Of a stretch of 64,000 nt of DNA, positions 35,299 through 47,100 are shown in pieces; positions within the stretch are counted from its first letter, which is position 1, and each line of letters begins with the position of its first letter. Below the pieces are notes generated by a model, which saw only the letters and a list, made by a program, of their open reading frames with translations, made no database searches and was not told where the DNA came from. The stretch is taken from NCBI GenBank assembly GCA_045128515.1, contig JBGVRO010000029.1, forward strand, positions 25,585 through 89,584, written 5' to 3'. The DNA comes from Eubacteriales bacterium (lineage in GTDB: Bacteria; Bacillota; Clostridia; Oscillospirales; CAG-272). The position numbers and the translations under genes were made by a program.

Positions 35299-36276
35299 TT
35301 ATAATCTATAGGTTGCGGTGAAAATTATATGTTGACCATAATCGCCAAAATTGCTACCGAAAATGTTAAATCCACCGGGGTGCTGCGCATTTTTCTTTAC
35401 CTCTATGCCAAACGTCGTTTTGTTGGTTTCTTCAAGTCTTAAATCGTCGAGGCAAATGCTTTTGTTTACTAATCTTTCATTAAGATATACGCCGGTCGAT
35501 CTGATGCTTATGTTGGTGAGGATGCCGTATTTTGTACTTTCGGGATACCACCAGCTCGGTGTAAATTTTCCGTATCGATCTCCGTAATCTCCCGGGGAAA
35601 TAAATGTGCAAATTTCAATTCCGTTTATTGAGAAGGTAATATCGCTCGGGTAGTTGTTATTAAATCCCGGTGCTTCGGAGCAAATTTCAAGAGAAATTTT
35701 GATTTCATTAAGCTTTCCTTGCTGTGCATAATTGTTTGGAATAGCATAGAGAAGCGAGCCGTAGCCCTCAGACCAAATTACCTGGGCGTCTTGACGTCCT
35801 GCGACGAAGGCGTTGTGAGGGTTTTCACTCATGATTTGCTTTTCTGCTGTAGCAATTCCGCATTGATTCGAAAACTCGGCATCAATATATTCTCCAATGT
35901 TGATCTGATGGACGTATGGAGCTCGGTTTTCCGCCTTAAGGTGTCCGTTTGAATTTCGAAAACGGATCACGGCTATATTTGTGGCGTAGGTATACCAATG
36001 AAGGGTACCCTTTCCCTTGGTGGAGAAGCTTTTTTGTATAATTCCCGCATCCTCCAGAATATTGAGATGAAATATGGTTGATGAAAGCGGTAGATTAAGC
36101 TCTGCTGCTATCTCGGACGCAAGCATGTTCTTCTTGTTAACCAAACGAATCATTTGTATTCGTACGGGGGATGAGAGTGCTTTGCCAAAAGCGGCGAGGT
36201 TTGTAGTATCCTTGGTGCCCTCAATATCATATATTATTTTGCTATCTTCAATAAAGTCACTATCGTGTTCGTGCAT
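35299..36276 (-). CDS. ArsR-family winged-helix regulator fused to a roughly 220-aa C-terminal (sensor?) domain
   Basis: ORF 35299..36342. The ATG at 36276 follows GGGAGA. HTH FGKALSSPVRIQMIRLVNKKNMLASEIAAELNLPLSSTIFHLNILEDAGII. Transcribed divergently from the ABC operon. Confidence 0.8.
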   Translation of the reverse strand: MHEHDSDFIEDSKIIYDIEGTKDTTNLAAFGKALSSPVRIQMIRLVNKKNMLASEIAAELNLPLSSTIFHLNILEDAGIIQKSFSTKGKGTLHWYTYATNIAVIRFRNSNGHLKAENRAPYVHQINIGEYIDAEFSNQCGIATAEKQIMSENPHNAFVAGRQDAQVIWSEGYGSLLYAIPNNYAQQGKLNEIKISLEICSEAPGFNNNYPSDITFSINGIEICTFISPGDYGDRYGKFTPSWWYPESTKYGILTNISIRSTGVYLNERLVNKSICLDDLRLEETNKTTFGIEVKKNAQHPGGFNIFGSNFGDYGQHIIFTATYRL

Positions 36277-36574
36277 TCGCTTTCTCCCTGGATTTTTCAT
36301 TAGGTACAGTAATACTGTAGCACATATCTTGGTCAAATGCAATATCTTTGGTATATTTTCTATTGAAAATTTGTTACTTTTGTAGTAAAATACTAATAAA
36401 TAGAGATATTAAGCTCCGAAAATGTACAAATTGTACTGTAGTTGTTTGCAATTTGATGGCTTAAATCGGTTGGATTATAAATTGCTTTTTCAAAAAAGCA
36501 TTAATAATAAATTCTTAATTTTATTTTTGATAGTTTTGCAATGAATAAAAACTATCAAAAAAGGAGGCAAAAGT

Positions 36575-38386
36575 ATGAAGAAAACATTAAGTAGAGTACT
36601 GGCGTTGATGCTGGTATTGGTTATGGTGGCAGGAATGGTTGCTTGCAAGAAGCCTGATACACCCCCTGAAGCCGGTGACAGAACCGTTATTCACTATGCG
36701 GCTGCTTTTGTAGATGCACAGATGCAGGATGCTTATAATCAAATGGTAAAAACCTATAACGAAACACAGGGTGTTACTGACGGTGTATATGTACAGTTCC
36801 GTGCAAATCCCGGTGTAATTTCCGGTTTGGAAAGTGCACTTCGCAGCAACTATCAGTACGATGTAATCGAGTTGAAGGACGATGCATTTAAGGCATTGGC
36901 TACAAACGGCGATTTCTTTGTTAATTTGAACAGCTATTTGACAGATGACGTTAAGACCAAGATGAGCTGGGGCGATATTCCCGAATCTTTGATCAACCGT
37001 TATCGTTTGAACACAACTAAGTCTGAAAACGGCAAATTCCAGGCAGGCGAAGGCGCAAGCCTTTTGGCTCTCCCCAATGGTAGCGATCCTCAGATGCTAT
37101 TCTATAATAAGAATATGATGAGTGCAGCCGGTATCAACATAATTTCTGTTCCCGAGAGCGAACTTGCAGCGTATAATACTGCTAACGGCGCAAATCTTAT
37201 GCCTCACGGTTATGCTGAGTATAAAGAGGCTCCCTTTGCAGGTGCTAAGAGCAGCACCAATCAGGCTGGCAAGACTGTTTATAAGGTATTTAACGAGAGC
37301 ATCGGTATGAGCTGGGAAGAGCAGCGTTGTCTTGCCAGTGCATTCACAACGTCCGATCAGTATGGCTTTGTTAGTGAATGGTGGTTCAATATGGGCTTCT
37401 CGGTTGGTGCGGATTGTATCGGTTGGGACCCCGCTTCTAACAACTATAAGATTACTCTCGGCGACAAGCAGCCCGGTTACTTGGCTTTGGAAAACATTAC
37501 CGTGAACGGTAATAGCTACAGCAAGGGCGAAGTACTTCACTATGAGGACAAGACCTTCCTTAACAACAACGCATCCGAGCTTGCAGCTTTGAGCGGCAAG
37601 GTTTACGCATTACCTTCTACTTATGATGCAATTTTGGAATTCACTCGTTTGGGTGTTCCTTCGGGTAAGCAGGTCGAGAGCGGCGTTAACGGTTATGGCG
37701 TTGCACCCTCTACCACAGAGGGTCGTAATCAGCTCTTTACTTCCGGCAAGTGCCTTATGCTTGTTGAGGACTTCCGTAACATCCAGTCCTTCAAGAACGT
37801 ACTTGGTAACGGATTGGGTATGGCTGTTACCGCGCAGTACCGTGAGTATGTTGGTGGCAGCACCTATACTGAAAACGGCAAGGAATATTTGAAGGTTATC
37901 GGTGAGACATACGACGGTCAGGTTTACACCGGCGAATTGCATATGGAAAACGGAACACCCATTGTTGGTGAGGCTGCAACCGAAAGCGAGTCTTTAGGTC
38001 TCTTCCTTCCTAAAAACACTAAAAATAAGAATTACGACGCAGCATTCAAGTTCGCATCTTGGGTAGCAGGTCCTGAGGGCCAGGCAATCTTGGCAAAGGG
38101 CAATAAGTATGTTCCCAACCAGACCTCTATCGGCATGGGCGATGATTATAATTCGTCCTCGGACCGCCTTATCTCTAACATGTGGGCAGGTAGCTTTATG
38201 GCTCAGCACGCAGAGATTGGTGACTACACTTACTTCACCTCTACAACATGGATTACCGAATGGTCTGTACCCTTTAATACCACTGTTCGTGAGGGTAATA
38301 TGACATTGGCTGATTTCTTTAAGCAGTATGAGGATACGGCAAACAACTTGTTGAAGGGTATGACAATTTATATCAAAGGGAGATAA
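36575..38386 (+). CDS. ABC transporter extracellular solute-binding lipoprotein (CUT1 family, unusually large)
   Basis: Lipobox VAGMVAC, 603 aa, RBS AAGGAGG, followed by two CUT1 permease genes. Confidence 0.85.
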   Translation: MKKTLSRVLALMLVLVMVAGMVACKKPDTPPEAGDRTVIHYAAAFVDAQMQDAYNQMVKTYNETQGVTDGVYVQFRANPGVISGLESALRSNYQYDVIELKDDAFKALATNGDFFVNLNSYLTDDVKTKMSWGDIPESLINRYRLNTTKSENGKFQAGEGASLLALPNGSDPQMLFYNKNMMSAAGINIISVPESELAAYNTANGANLMPHGYAEYKEAPFAGAKSSTNQAGKTVYKVFNESIGMSWEEQRCLASAFTTSDQYGFVSEWWFNMGFSVGADCIGWDPASNNYKITLGDKQPGYLALENITVNGNSYSKGEVLHYEDKTFLNNNASELAALSGKVYALPSTYDAILEFTRLGVPSGKQVESGVNGYGVAPSTTEGRNQLFTSGKCLMLVEDFRNIQSFKNVLGNGLGMAVTAQYREYVGGSTYTENGKEYLKVIGETYDGQVYTGELHMENGTPIVGEAATESESLGLFLPKNTKNKNYDAAFKFASWVAGPEGQAILAKGNKYVPNQTSIGMGDDYNSSSDRLISNMWAGSFMAQHAEIGDYTYFTSTTWITEWSVPFNTTVREGNMTLADFFKQYEDTANNLLKGMTIYIKGR

Positions 38387-38389
38387 TCC

Positions 38390-39373
38390 ATGACCCAAAA
38401 TAAGTTATTCACGGAGAACCTGCAGAACAAAAAGCGAAAGTGGAAAAAGGAACAGATTTTTGCATTTATTATTGCATCTATTCCGCTAATTGGCTTTGTC
38501 GTTTTTAATGGCTTTCCTTTGCTGATATCTTTTATAGGTATGTTTTGCAATGTGGATCTTTATGATCTTACAAATATCCAGTGGAATAATTTTGAGGGTT
38601 TCAAGTCTGTATTTATCCCTGGACATGCCTATGAACTGTTCTATTTTGATTTAGCAAAATATTTTTACAAGGCAGTAATTATAACTGCGTGGATCGCATC
38701 CACGCAGTTGATTACACTTGTAATTGCGCTTTTTATTGCTACACTTTTGAATGAAAAACCTAAAGGTGCAAAGATTTTCCAAGTTTTGTTCTTTATACCT
38801 TATATTTGTTCTACGGTTGCAGTTTCCTTAATGTGGAGATGGTTGTTTGCCAGCGACGGTGGAATTTTGAATGCCATTCTGGGCACAGATATCGACTGGC
38901 TTCGCAACCCGGAGACAATTACCTGGACGATCATCGCAGCCATTATCTGGCAAGCACCGGGCTACGGTATTGTTATGTACAAGGCGGCTTTTACCAACAT
39001 TAACAAATCTTTGTACGAGGCTGCAGACGTGGATGGTGCAAACGTTTGGCAGAAATTCCGTCATATAACCTTGCCGGGCATTGGCCCTACCACGTTCTTC
39101 TTGTTACAGGCGGGCGCAATGGCGGGCTTGCTGACCTATGATCTGGCGGTTTTGATCATTCCTGATGCCTGGGGCTCTCCCGGAGGTGTTGGATCTATGG
39201 GTCTTACTCTGATTCGTTTGGTATATTACCTGATTACAAATTCATCTACCAGCGATGCTAATGGTGTTAGCTATATGGTATCCTGCGCTTGCGTAATCAG
39301 CTGGATGCTTTTCATTGTGACCGGTACGATATCTATGATCATGTTCCGACTCAGGGAAAAGAGCTTGGAGTAA
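38390..39373 (+). CDS. carbohydrate ABC transporter permease (MalF/UgpA type)
   Basis: Six TM segments and the EAA-type loop YEAADVDGANVWQKFRHITLP. Confidence 0.9.
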   Translation: MTQNKLFTENLQNKKRKWKKEQIFAFIIASIPLIGFVVFNGFPLLISFIGMFCNVDLYDLTNIQWNNFEGFKSVFIPGHAYELFYFDLAKYFYKAVIITAWIASTQLITLVIALFIATLLNEKPKGAKIFQVLFFIPYICSTVAVSLMWRWLFASDGGILNAILGTDIDWLRNPETITWTIIAAIIWQAPGYGIVMYKAAFTNINKSLYEAADVDGANVWQKFRHITLPGIGPTTFFLLQAGAMAGLLTYDLAVLIIPDAWGSPGGVGSMGLTLIRLVYYLITNSSTSDANGVSYMVSCACVISWMLFIVTGTISMIMFRLREKSLE

Positions 39374-39388
39374 AGGAGGGCGAAAAAG

Positions 39389-40264
39389 ATGAAAAAGAAA
39401 TTTTCTTTGGGAAAAATTTTGGTTATTGTAGCGCTGCTCCTTTATACAGTGTTTCTGTTCTTTCCCATTTTCACGGTTTTAATTACGTCATTTACTCCGT
39501 CGGAGGAATTGGCAGGAACTACTGATTTTATTTGGTGGCCCGAAAACTTTACTTTTGATGCCTATAAAGCAATTTTTGAATATGATTTTTATTCAGACCT
39601 GACCGGTATGCCCGGTTTGGTGCTCGGTTTTGTTAACACAATGTGGCTGACACTTGTTCCTTTGGTGATCGGTTTATTTGTTTCCGGCTTTTCTGCTTAT
39701 GCATTTTCAAAAATGAATTTTCCTTTTAAGGAACAACTATTTAAATTTTCGGTAATCATCCGTTCCATTCCTTTGGGCGCATTTAGTGTTATTTCTTATG
39801 TGTTCTTTTCAGCAATCGGTTGGACGGGAGACAAGGGCTTCTTGCCTTTGCTGATTCCCGGTATGTTGGGTAGCTTGGGAACGTTATTCTTCCTTCGTCT
39901 ATTCTTTGATGGAATACCCAACTCGTTAATCGAGGCGGCAATGCTTGACGGTGCAGGATTTTTCCAGTGCTTTACAAAAATTATGTTCCCGCTTGCAAAA
40001 CCTGCCTTTATCGCTCAGTTTATTTTCGGTTTTGTAGGTGGCTACAACAGCTATTTGGCTCCGCAGCTTTATCTACAGGACCAGCCACAGTTTGTAACCC
40101 TGCAGCTTTACCTGAGTCAGATCAGAGGGCTGTTTCCCGGCCTTGGCAGTGAGAACATTCATATGGCTGCTGCGATCTTGGGAATGTTGCCGCTGGTTAT
40201 CATATACTGCTGTCTGCAAAAATACTTTATTGAAGGTATTGCTGAAGGCGGTGTCAAGGAATAA
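39389..40264 (+). CDS. carbohydrate ABC transporter permease (MalG/UgpE type)
   Basis: EAA loop IEAAMLDGAGFFQCFTKIMFPLAKP. Confidence 0.9.
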   Translation: MKKKFSLGKILVIVALLLYTVFLFFPIFTVLITSFTPSEELAGTTDFIWWPENFTFDAYKAIFEYDFYSDLTGMPGLVLGFVNTMWLTLVPLVIGLFVSGFSAYAFSKMNFPFKEQLFKFSVIIRSIPLGAFSVISYVFFSAIGWTGDKGFLPLLIPGMLGSLGTLFFLRLFFDGIPNSLIEAAMLDGAGFFQCFTKIMFPLAKPAFIAQFIFGFVGGYNSYLAPQLYLQDQPQFVTLQLYLSQIRGLFPGLGSENIHMAAAILGMLPLVIIYCCLQKYFIEGIAEGGVKE

Positions 40265-40284
40265 ATGGAGGTGCTTTAATTTAT

Positions 40285-42165
40285 ATGAAGAAAACACGAG
40301 CAATAGCGTTGCTTTTGATCATGGTCATGCTCTTGCCCTGCATACTTCTTACCGGATGTAAGTTGCAGGTGCAGTATGAGATCCCGAGCTATCAGGGATT
40401 GCCTGAGGATGGTCAGAGCAAAGCGGAATTTAATCAAGAGCTTTTCTATCGCAATGATCATAAGGTAGATGTTGCCGCTGACCCCTTTGTGTTTGATAAC
40501 ACCGATAGGGATGGCTATTACTACCTTTTCGGTACCCATGGCGATATTTTCTGCTCCCGTTCCACGGATTTGGTAAATTGGGAGCCTGTTGGTAACGCTC
40601 TTGATATTCAGGACTATGTAAATAATCAGCCCAGTGAGGTACGTAGAACCGTATGGAAGGATATCTGGGCACCCGAAGTAGTATATGATCCTGGTGACGG
40701 CAAATACTATATGTTCTTTAGCGCTACACCTGATCCGGATACTAATGTTACAGCAGGCAATGGCGTAATGCAGGGATCATATAAGGAACTTATGATGGTT
40801 GCCGTTTCGGATTATCCCGACCACGGCTTTGTACCGGTAAACTTTATGGATGCCACAAGCTGCGGTGAGGAGAATTTGCACGACTTTAATACTACTCTCG
40901 GCATTAAGGATCCTGAAACCGGAGAATATATGCCTGCATGGCCTCATTATTTTGCCAAGTATCTGCTTTTTGATCCTGCAGAGTATATGGCATTTGCAGA
41001 AGCAAACGGCGGCTTCAGAGGTCTTGCTCGCGGCGGATTCGAAGGTGGCATAGATCCCCATCCTTACGTGGATGAGAATGGCGATAAATACCTGTTTTGG
41101 GTAGATAGTAGCGGTTCTGACCGTATTTCTGTTGTGAAAATGGAAAACTGGTTAAAGCCCGATTGGTCTACTGCCAAGATCCTCGCCTGCCATAGCTTCT
41201 ATACTGTAGATGATTATTTCGCATCTCTTGATGGTAAGACGGTTGAAAATGTTCCGTATGAGTTGCTTGGAACTTCTATCAACGAAGGTCCTGCGGTGCT
41301 TAAGCACAACGGCAAGTATTATTTGACTTTTTCCGTTGGTGCATATAGCGACAACTCCTATCAGGTTGTGCAGGCTGTTTCTGACAGCTTGACAGGTCCT
41401 TACCGTAAGCTGACCATGGAAGAAGGTGCTATATTGATGTCCGGCGAGCTTTCCGGCAGCCAGGACATTACCGGTACCGGTCACCATAGCTTTGTTGAGG
41501 CAGGTGATCAGCTTCTTATGATCTATCACCGTCACAATGATCCCATTGTGGGTGGAGGTGCGCGTAATCCCGCAATAGATGAGATTAAATGGATTACTAT
41601 TAAGGATAAAAACGGCAACGATCTTGAAGTTATGTATGCAAACGGTCCTACCGCTACAGTGCAACCCAAGATTGAAGCCTTTTCCGACTATAAGAACATT
41701 GCCGACGAGGCAACTATAAGCGGTCACGATGACGTTAAGTACCTGAACGATGGACTGCTTTCCGTTTATAAATATCTTAATGAGGACTTTGGCAAATACA
41801 TTCAGGAGACTGTAATTGACAAGACCACTACCTTCACTTTAGATTTTGAAGAAGCACGAGCAGTGCGCGCGGTTATGGTCTATGCTTCTAAAGATGAGCT
41901 TGCTGCTTTTGCTAAAATAGCACGTATAGAGTTTGTATGCATAGAAGACGGCAAAGAGGTTGTTCGTTATATCAAGGATGTTGAGCTCAGTGCAGAATGC
42001 TATCAGGCAAATGACTATGACGGATCTATTTTCTATATTTCTCCGGGTGCGGCTGCCTATGCAGAGTTTGATGAGCTTAATGTAAAATCTATCAGAATCA
42101 CGATCGATGTACCTGCAAATCAGGATTCCGTGGGTATTTCTGAAATTCGTGTTTTGGGTAAGTAA
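40285..42165 (+). CDS. GH43 glycoside hydrolase lipoprotein with a C-terminal discoidin/CBM32-like domain
   Basis: Lipobox LLTGC. Five-bladed propeller motifs DPFVFDNTDRDGYYYLFGT, WAPEVVYDPGDGKYYMFFSA and EGPAVLKHNGKYYLTFS. C-terminal tail ...GISEIRVLGK. Confidence 0.85.
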   Translation: MKKTRAIALLLIMVMLLPCILLTGCKLQVQYEIPSYQGLPEDGQSKAEFNQELFYRNDHKVDVAADPFVFDNTDRDGYYYLFGTHGDIFCSRSTDLVNWEPVGNALDIQDYVNNQPSEVRRTVWKDIWAPEVVYDPGDGKYYMFFSATPDPDTNVTAGNGVMQGSYKELMMVAVSDYPDHGFVPVNFMDATSCGEENLHDFNTTLGIKDPETGEYMPAWPHYFAKYLLFDPAEYMAFAEANGGFRGLARGGFEGGIDPHPYVDENGDKYLFWVDSSGSDRISVVKMENWLKPDWSTAKILACHSFYTVDDYFASLDGKTVENVPYELLGTSINEGPAVLKHNGKYYLTFSVGAYSDNSYQVVQAVSDSLTGPYRKLTMEEGAILMSGELSGSQDITGTGHHSFVEAGDQLLMIYHRHNDPIVGGGARNPAIDEIKWITIKDKNGNDLEVMYANGPTATVQPKIEAFSDYKNIADEATISGHDDVKYLNDGLLSVYKYLNEDFGKYIQETVIDKTTTFTLDFEEARAVRAVMVYASKDELAAFAKIARIEFVCIEDGKEVVRYIKDVELSAECYQANDYDGSIFYISPGAAAYAEFDELNVKSIRITIDVPANQDSVGISEIRVLGK

Positions 42166-42177
42166 GGAGGGGTAGTT

Positions 42178-44028
42178 ATGAAGAAAACAAAAATTACGAT
42201 CTCCAAACGTGTACTTCTTATGCTTGCATTTGCGATGTTAGTTATGAGCCTTGTAGGCTGTGCTAATTTACGCATTAAGGAAGTGCCGACTGACAAAGAA
42301 TATACATTTACAAATCCCGAGCCCAAATTGGCAGAGCCAGATGCCGGTTTTAATATCGACGGTATCGCAGATGAAGAAGCCTACACAAATGCAAAGTGGT
42401 TGTACTTAAACAACAACGGCGAAGGTAACAACGTAAACATCGCGGTTACAAGTCACTTTGGTCAGCAGGGAATGTACTTTGTGTTCGACGTAACAGAAAG
42501 CTTTCCAATTTATGTAAACCCTAATAGATCATCTGTTTTAAATAGTGGTATTGAATTGTATTTGGCACCTGCCGGTACTAAAAATGACAGAGAAAATAAT
42601 TTCTTTGAAATCGACCTTCAGCCCACCGGTGATATGGTCTTTAAGATGACTAACGGTAGATGGGGCTATGTCGATGCAAAAACAACCAACGATAAAATGG
42701 CTAGACTTGGTGCTACTACAAAGGGTGGTGCTGTTAATACAAATGAATGCTACGGCTATGTTTTGGAACTCTTTATCCCATGGGATTATTTAGAGTGGCT
42801 GGACGTTGATGTGGAGAAGATGAAGGAGCACGCTCTTATTAATATCGCCCATATTACGTCTTTCAACTATGCTGGAACGAATGTCGATATAGACAGATAT
42901 TGGTACCATTTCGCAGAGCAGATTGGCGCCGGCTTTAACGATGTTTATCGTTTATATAAGTTCGACAAGAATGGTGCTGTTGGTACAGTTCCCGTTACCT
43001 TTGTTAACGGTGAGCACTACAGCATTTCGGGTCGGGCATCTGTGCTATCCGGCAAGAGCGCTACGGTTACCGTAACTCCCGAAGCAGGCTATTCCATCAC
43101 TTCCGTGCTGGTTGATGGTAAGGATCGCATTAGCGATGCCAAATATAACAGTGACGGTAGCGCAACGCTGATTATCAACAATGTTACAAAAGATACTACC
43201 GTTTCTGCGGTTGCAGAGGTTATGAAAGAAGGCAACAGCACACTCAGCGGTCAGTTGAAGCTCAAAAATGCGCTGTTTGCAGATAGCCTTGACGGTGTTA
43301 CCTTTACCTGTAACGGTTCGCCTGTGACGATTGATGAAAATGGTAATTTCGAGCTGAAGGATAAGGCTCCCGGTTACTATGAACTCTGCGCAGAAAAGAA
43401 CGGCTATACATCTGTTACTCGCGGTGTTTACCTTAATCGCGATGTTAACGTTAATGTGGAATTAGAATACAATCTTTTCCATTACAATGATAACAATGCC
43501 AAAAATTGGGCGCTGGATGATCAGAATGAAGGCACCCTTATTAAGAAGCCCGGCAGAGCATGTGCTCTTACTAATGACAGCTTTGGTGATTTTACCTTTG
43601 AGATGACACTCAAATATGATACCGAGATGGCAAGTGTCGGAAGCTCGGCTGACCACAAAGAGCAGCGTATGGGTATGCGTATCGTATTTGCCGACGGCAA
43701 GGAATGGTATATAGACGTGCTTTACCAGGACGGTGCATATAGATTGCAGTATGCAACCTTGGGCAATAGCTTGTTTGAAGGTTGGCCCACCCGTTACAGA
43801 CTTAATGTGGGTCAAATTGAAAAGCTCCAAAGCGCTGACGGCGTTAAACTGAAGGTTGTACGTCAGGGTAACGTCGTGAAGATTTATATTGACGGTCTTC
43901 AGGTAGTACAAGAGACACTGAGCGAAGAATATGCGGATATGACTGCACAGCTTGGCATGGATGCATGGATTCCCAACGATACTCCTGTAGAAATTCCTTT
44001 TAGCATTTCAGCAATTATTTCCAAGTAA
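42178..44028 (+). CDS. surface lipoprotein: CBM9-like domain, Ig-like/carboxypeptidase-regulatory-like repeats and a ConA/LamG-like domain
   Basis: Lipobox LVGC. FNIDGIADEEAYTNAKW...IELYLAP...FFEIDLQPTG is CBM9/DOMON-like. The C-terminal jelly-roll reads VKLKVVRQGNVVKIYIDG. Confidence 0.7.
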   Translation: MKKTKITISKRVLLMLAFAMLVMSLVGCANLRIKEVPTDKEYTFTNPEPKLAEPDAGFNIDGIADEEAYTNAKWLYLNNNGEGNNVNIAVTSHFGQQGMYFVFDVTESFPIYVNPNRSSVLNSGIELYLAPAGTKNDRENNFFEIDLQPTGDMVFKMTNGRWGYVDAKTTNDKMARLGATTKGGAVNTNECYGYVLELFIPWDYLEWLDVDVEKMKEHALINIAHITSFNYAGTNVDIDRYWYHFAEQIGAGFNDVYRLYKFDKNGAVGTVPVTFVNGEHYSISGRASVLSGKSATVTVTPEAGYSITSVLVDGKDRISDAKYNSDGSATLIINNVTKDTTVSAVAEVMKEGNSTLSGQLKLKNALFADSLDGVTFTCNGSPVTIDENGNFELKDKAPGYYELCAEKNGYTSVTRGVYLNRDVNVNVELEYNLFHYNDNNAKNWALDDQNEGTLIKKPGRACALTNDSFGDFTFEMTLKYDTEMASVGSSADHKEQRMGMRIVFADGKEWYIDVLYQDGAYRLQYATLGNSLFEGWPTRYRLNVGQIEKLQSADGVKLKVVRQGNVVKIYIDGLQVVQETLSEEYADMTAQLGMDAWIPNDTPVEIPFSISAIISK

Positions 44029-44136
44029 TTTTATACCTAATGCCTGCATATGCATTGCAGATGCAGGCAAGGAAATAAACATGTTACCAATGGCGTTTAT
44101 TTAATGTCATAAATTTATAAAAAAGGAGTAAATGTT

Positions 44137-47100
44137 ATGAAAAAACTACTAACCCTTTTGCTTGCATTGGCTATGGTATTCTGTCTTGCAAGCTGCCAGT
44201 ATCTACCCGAAGGTTTTCAGTCCGCGATAGACGGCGCGATTGACAACGTTATGGGTATGCTCGGTGGAGAAACCACTTGTGAGCATGATTGGATCGGTGC
44301 AACCTGTACTGCTCCTAAGACTTGCTCTTTGTGTGGCGCAACCGACGGTGAGGCTAACGGTCACACCGAAGAAACTGTTGCGGGCACAGCTGCAACTTGT
44401 ACCGAAGCAGGTATGACTGACGCCAAGAAGTGCTCTGTTTGCGGTGAAACCACCGTAGAGCAGACTGCTATTGCTGCTCTCGGACACACCGAAGAAACTG
44501 TTGCAGGTACACCGGCTACTTGTACCGAGGCAGGTATGACCGACGGTAAGAAGTGCTCTGTTTGCGGTGTAACTACCGTAGAGCAGACAGCTATCGAGGC
44601 TTTGGATCACAAGGCAGGCGAAGACGATGGCGATGTAACGACCGCAGTTACCTGCGAACGTTGCGATTTTGTTTTCGTTGAAGCTAAGGAAGCAATCACT
44701 CTTACTATTCCTACTTTTGAAAACGGCGCAGTTGTAGCAGATAAGATGAACTATGCTATCGGCGATACTGTTAAGCTGACTGTTAATCCTGAGTTCGGTT
44801 ATGCACAGAAGCTTACCATCGACGGTGAGCCCCTGATGCTTGATTGGAATAACAATATTTATAGCTTTGTTGCTGAGAAGGACACTTATGTTCTTGACGG
44901 TACATTCGAGCAGGGCTTGACTCTGAATCCTTCCGATGCGGCAAGATGGGAAACCGGAAACCAGGCTCACGGTATCTTGACTACATACTATCCTGCAAAT
45001 AATGACTCCTGGTGGATGGCTTTCAAGGGAAATTACAATTCTCTTAGCGTAAACGTTCAGAATCAGTTCGCTATTGCTGATACCAAGGATAACTTCTTCG
45101 TTTATTTGCGCGTAACTATGGAAAACGGCAATACTTACAACTTCCGTATTGGTACCGACAAGGGCGGCTACACCGCATATAACCGTGCAGGTATCCAGAA
45201 CCCTGGTGATACAAGCGCAGACTGGAGCCATTGGAAGAATCTTTCCAAGTTGGATTCCAAGATTACTGCAGAGGGTGTAGAGTTCAAGGTAGAGCGTCAG
45301 GGCGCTAATACACTTATTCTCACTGTAGACGGTGAAGTAGTAGATACCTATACCATGAACGGTATCACCGCTGAGGATAAGATCGCTTCCGTTGACGTTA
45401 AGCATCAGGGAAATAAAGGCAAATACGTTGATATCTCCTACGTGCTGACCAATGGCTGTGATCACGTTTGGGTGGATGCAACATGTACCGCACCCAAGAC
45501 GTGCTCTGAATGTGGTATGACTATGGGTGGAAAGCTTGAGCACACCTATACCGACTACGTATCTAATAATGATGCAACCTGTACTGAAGATGGCACTAAG
45601 ACCGGAACTTGTGTTTGTGGTGAAAAGAACACCATAGCTGATGAAGGTTCCGCACTTGGCCACAAAGAAGAAACTGTTACAGGCAAGGCTCCAACTTGTA
45701 CCGAGACAGGTCTTACAGATGGTAAGAAGTGCTCTGTTTGCGGTGTTACCACCGTAGAGCACAACGAAATTCCTGCGAACGGCCACAAGGATGATGACAA
45801 GAACTACAAGTGTGACGTTTGCGAGGCTAACCTTTGCACCGATCACGCTGAAGAAATCGTTGAAGGTAAGGACGCAACTTGTACTGAGAGCGGTCTTACC
45901 GACGGTAAGAAGTGCTCTATTTGCGGTAGTGTTATCCTGGCTCAGGAAGTTATCACCGCTAAGGGCCATAAGGCTAGCGAGGATGACGGCGACTGTACCA
46001 CCGCAGTTAAGTGTGCTAACGCAGGCTGTGATTATATCTTTGTAGAGGCTTTGAGCCATAACCCCGAAGCAGATGACGGCGACGTAACCACTGCTGTTAA
46101 GTGTACTAACGATGGTTGTACTCAGATCGTTGTTGCTGCTAAGGAAGCAATCACTCTTACTATTCCTGCTTTCGAAAACGGTGAAGTTACCGCTGATAAG
46201 AAGAACTACGCTATAGGCGATACCGTTACCTTGACCATCGCTCCTGCGGGCGGTTATTTCCAGAAGCTCTACATCAACGGCGAGCCTCTGATGCTTGAAT
46301 GGAAGACCAAGACTTACAGCTTCGTTGCTGAAAAGGACACCTATGTAATCGACGGTTCTTTTGAACCCACATTGGAAGTATATGCCGGCGACTGGGGTAG
46401 ATGGGATAACAACAACCAGGCTCACGGTGTTTTAGCAGCTTACTATCCCAACAACAATGACGCTTGGTGGTTCAAGATCAAGGGCGATTACAGCTCTTTC
46501 GCGATCAATGCAAAGAACTACAGAGAGATAGCAAATAGCTATGAGGGCGGTCCTGATGGCGGTTGGCGTATTGCACTCTATATGCAGCTTGATAACGGAA
46601 ACTATTATGCGTTCAGCATGTGGATTAATGCGGACAAGGTATATGCTTACAACCACTTTGGCGGCAATATTGACGGTGTAGCATCTACTACCGGCTGGGG
46701 TGGTGCTTGGTGCCTCCTTTCTGACAAGAACGCAGAAGCAACTGCGGCTTTGAATGGCAACGGTGCTGAATTTAAGCTGGAGCGTATTGACGGCAATCAT
46801 ATTCAGATTACCTTTGGAGGTGCAGTTCTCGAAACTTATGAAATTCCCGGTGTTACCGCTGATAACAAGGTTGTTTCTGTTGGCTTGCTTCACTATGGAA
46901 ACAAGGGTGCGCACGTTGAGATCCCCTTCGCACTTACTGTTCCTACTGTTGAGGAAGAGCCTTCTGTACCTAATGATGACGTAACTCTTACCATCGGCGA
47001 ATTCGCTAACGGCACAGTTACTGCAGATAAGGAAAGCTACAAGATTGGCGATACCGTTACCTTGACAATCGCTCCTGCAGGCGGATATTTCCAGAAGCTT

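Noticed and set aside
44042-44069. Hairpin GCCTGCAT ... ATGCAGGC between the two lipoprotein genes, considered as a terminator.
   Set aside because: No T-run follows it. At most it may be an intra-operon stabiliser or attenuator, which is not enough for a terminator call.
44365-44604. Two tandem 120-nt near-identical units. I considered a CRISPR-like array or a minisatellite.
   Set aside because: The units are in frame inside a long ORF and encode the Cys-rich protein repeat. There is no spacer/repeat alternation and there are no cas genes.
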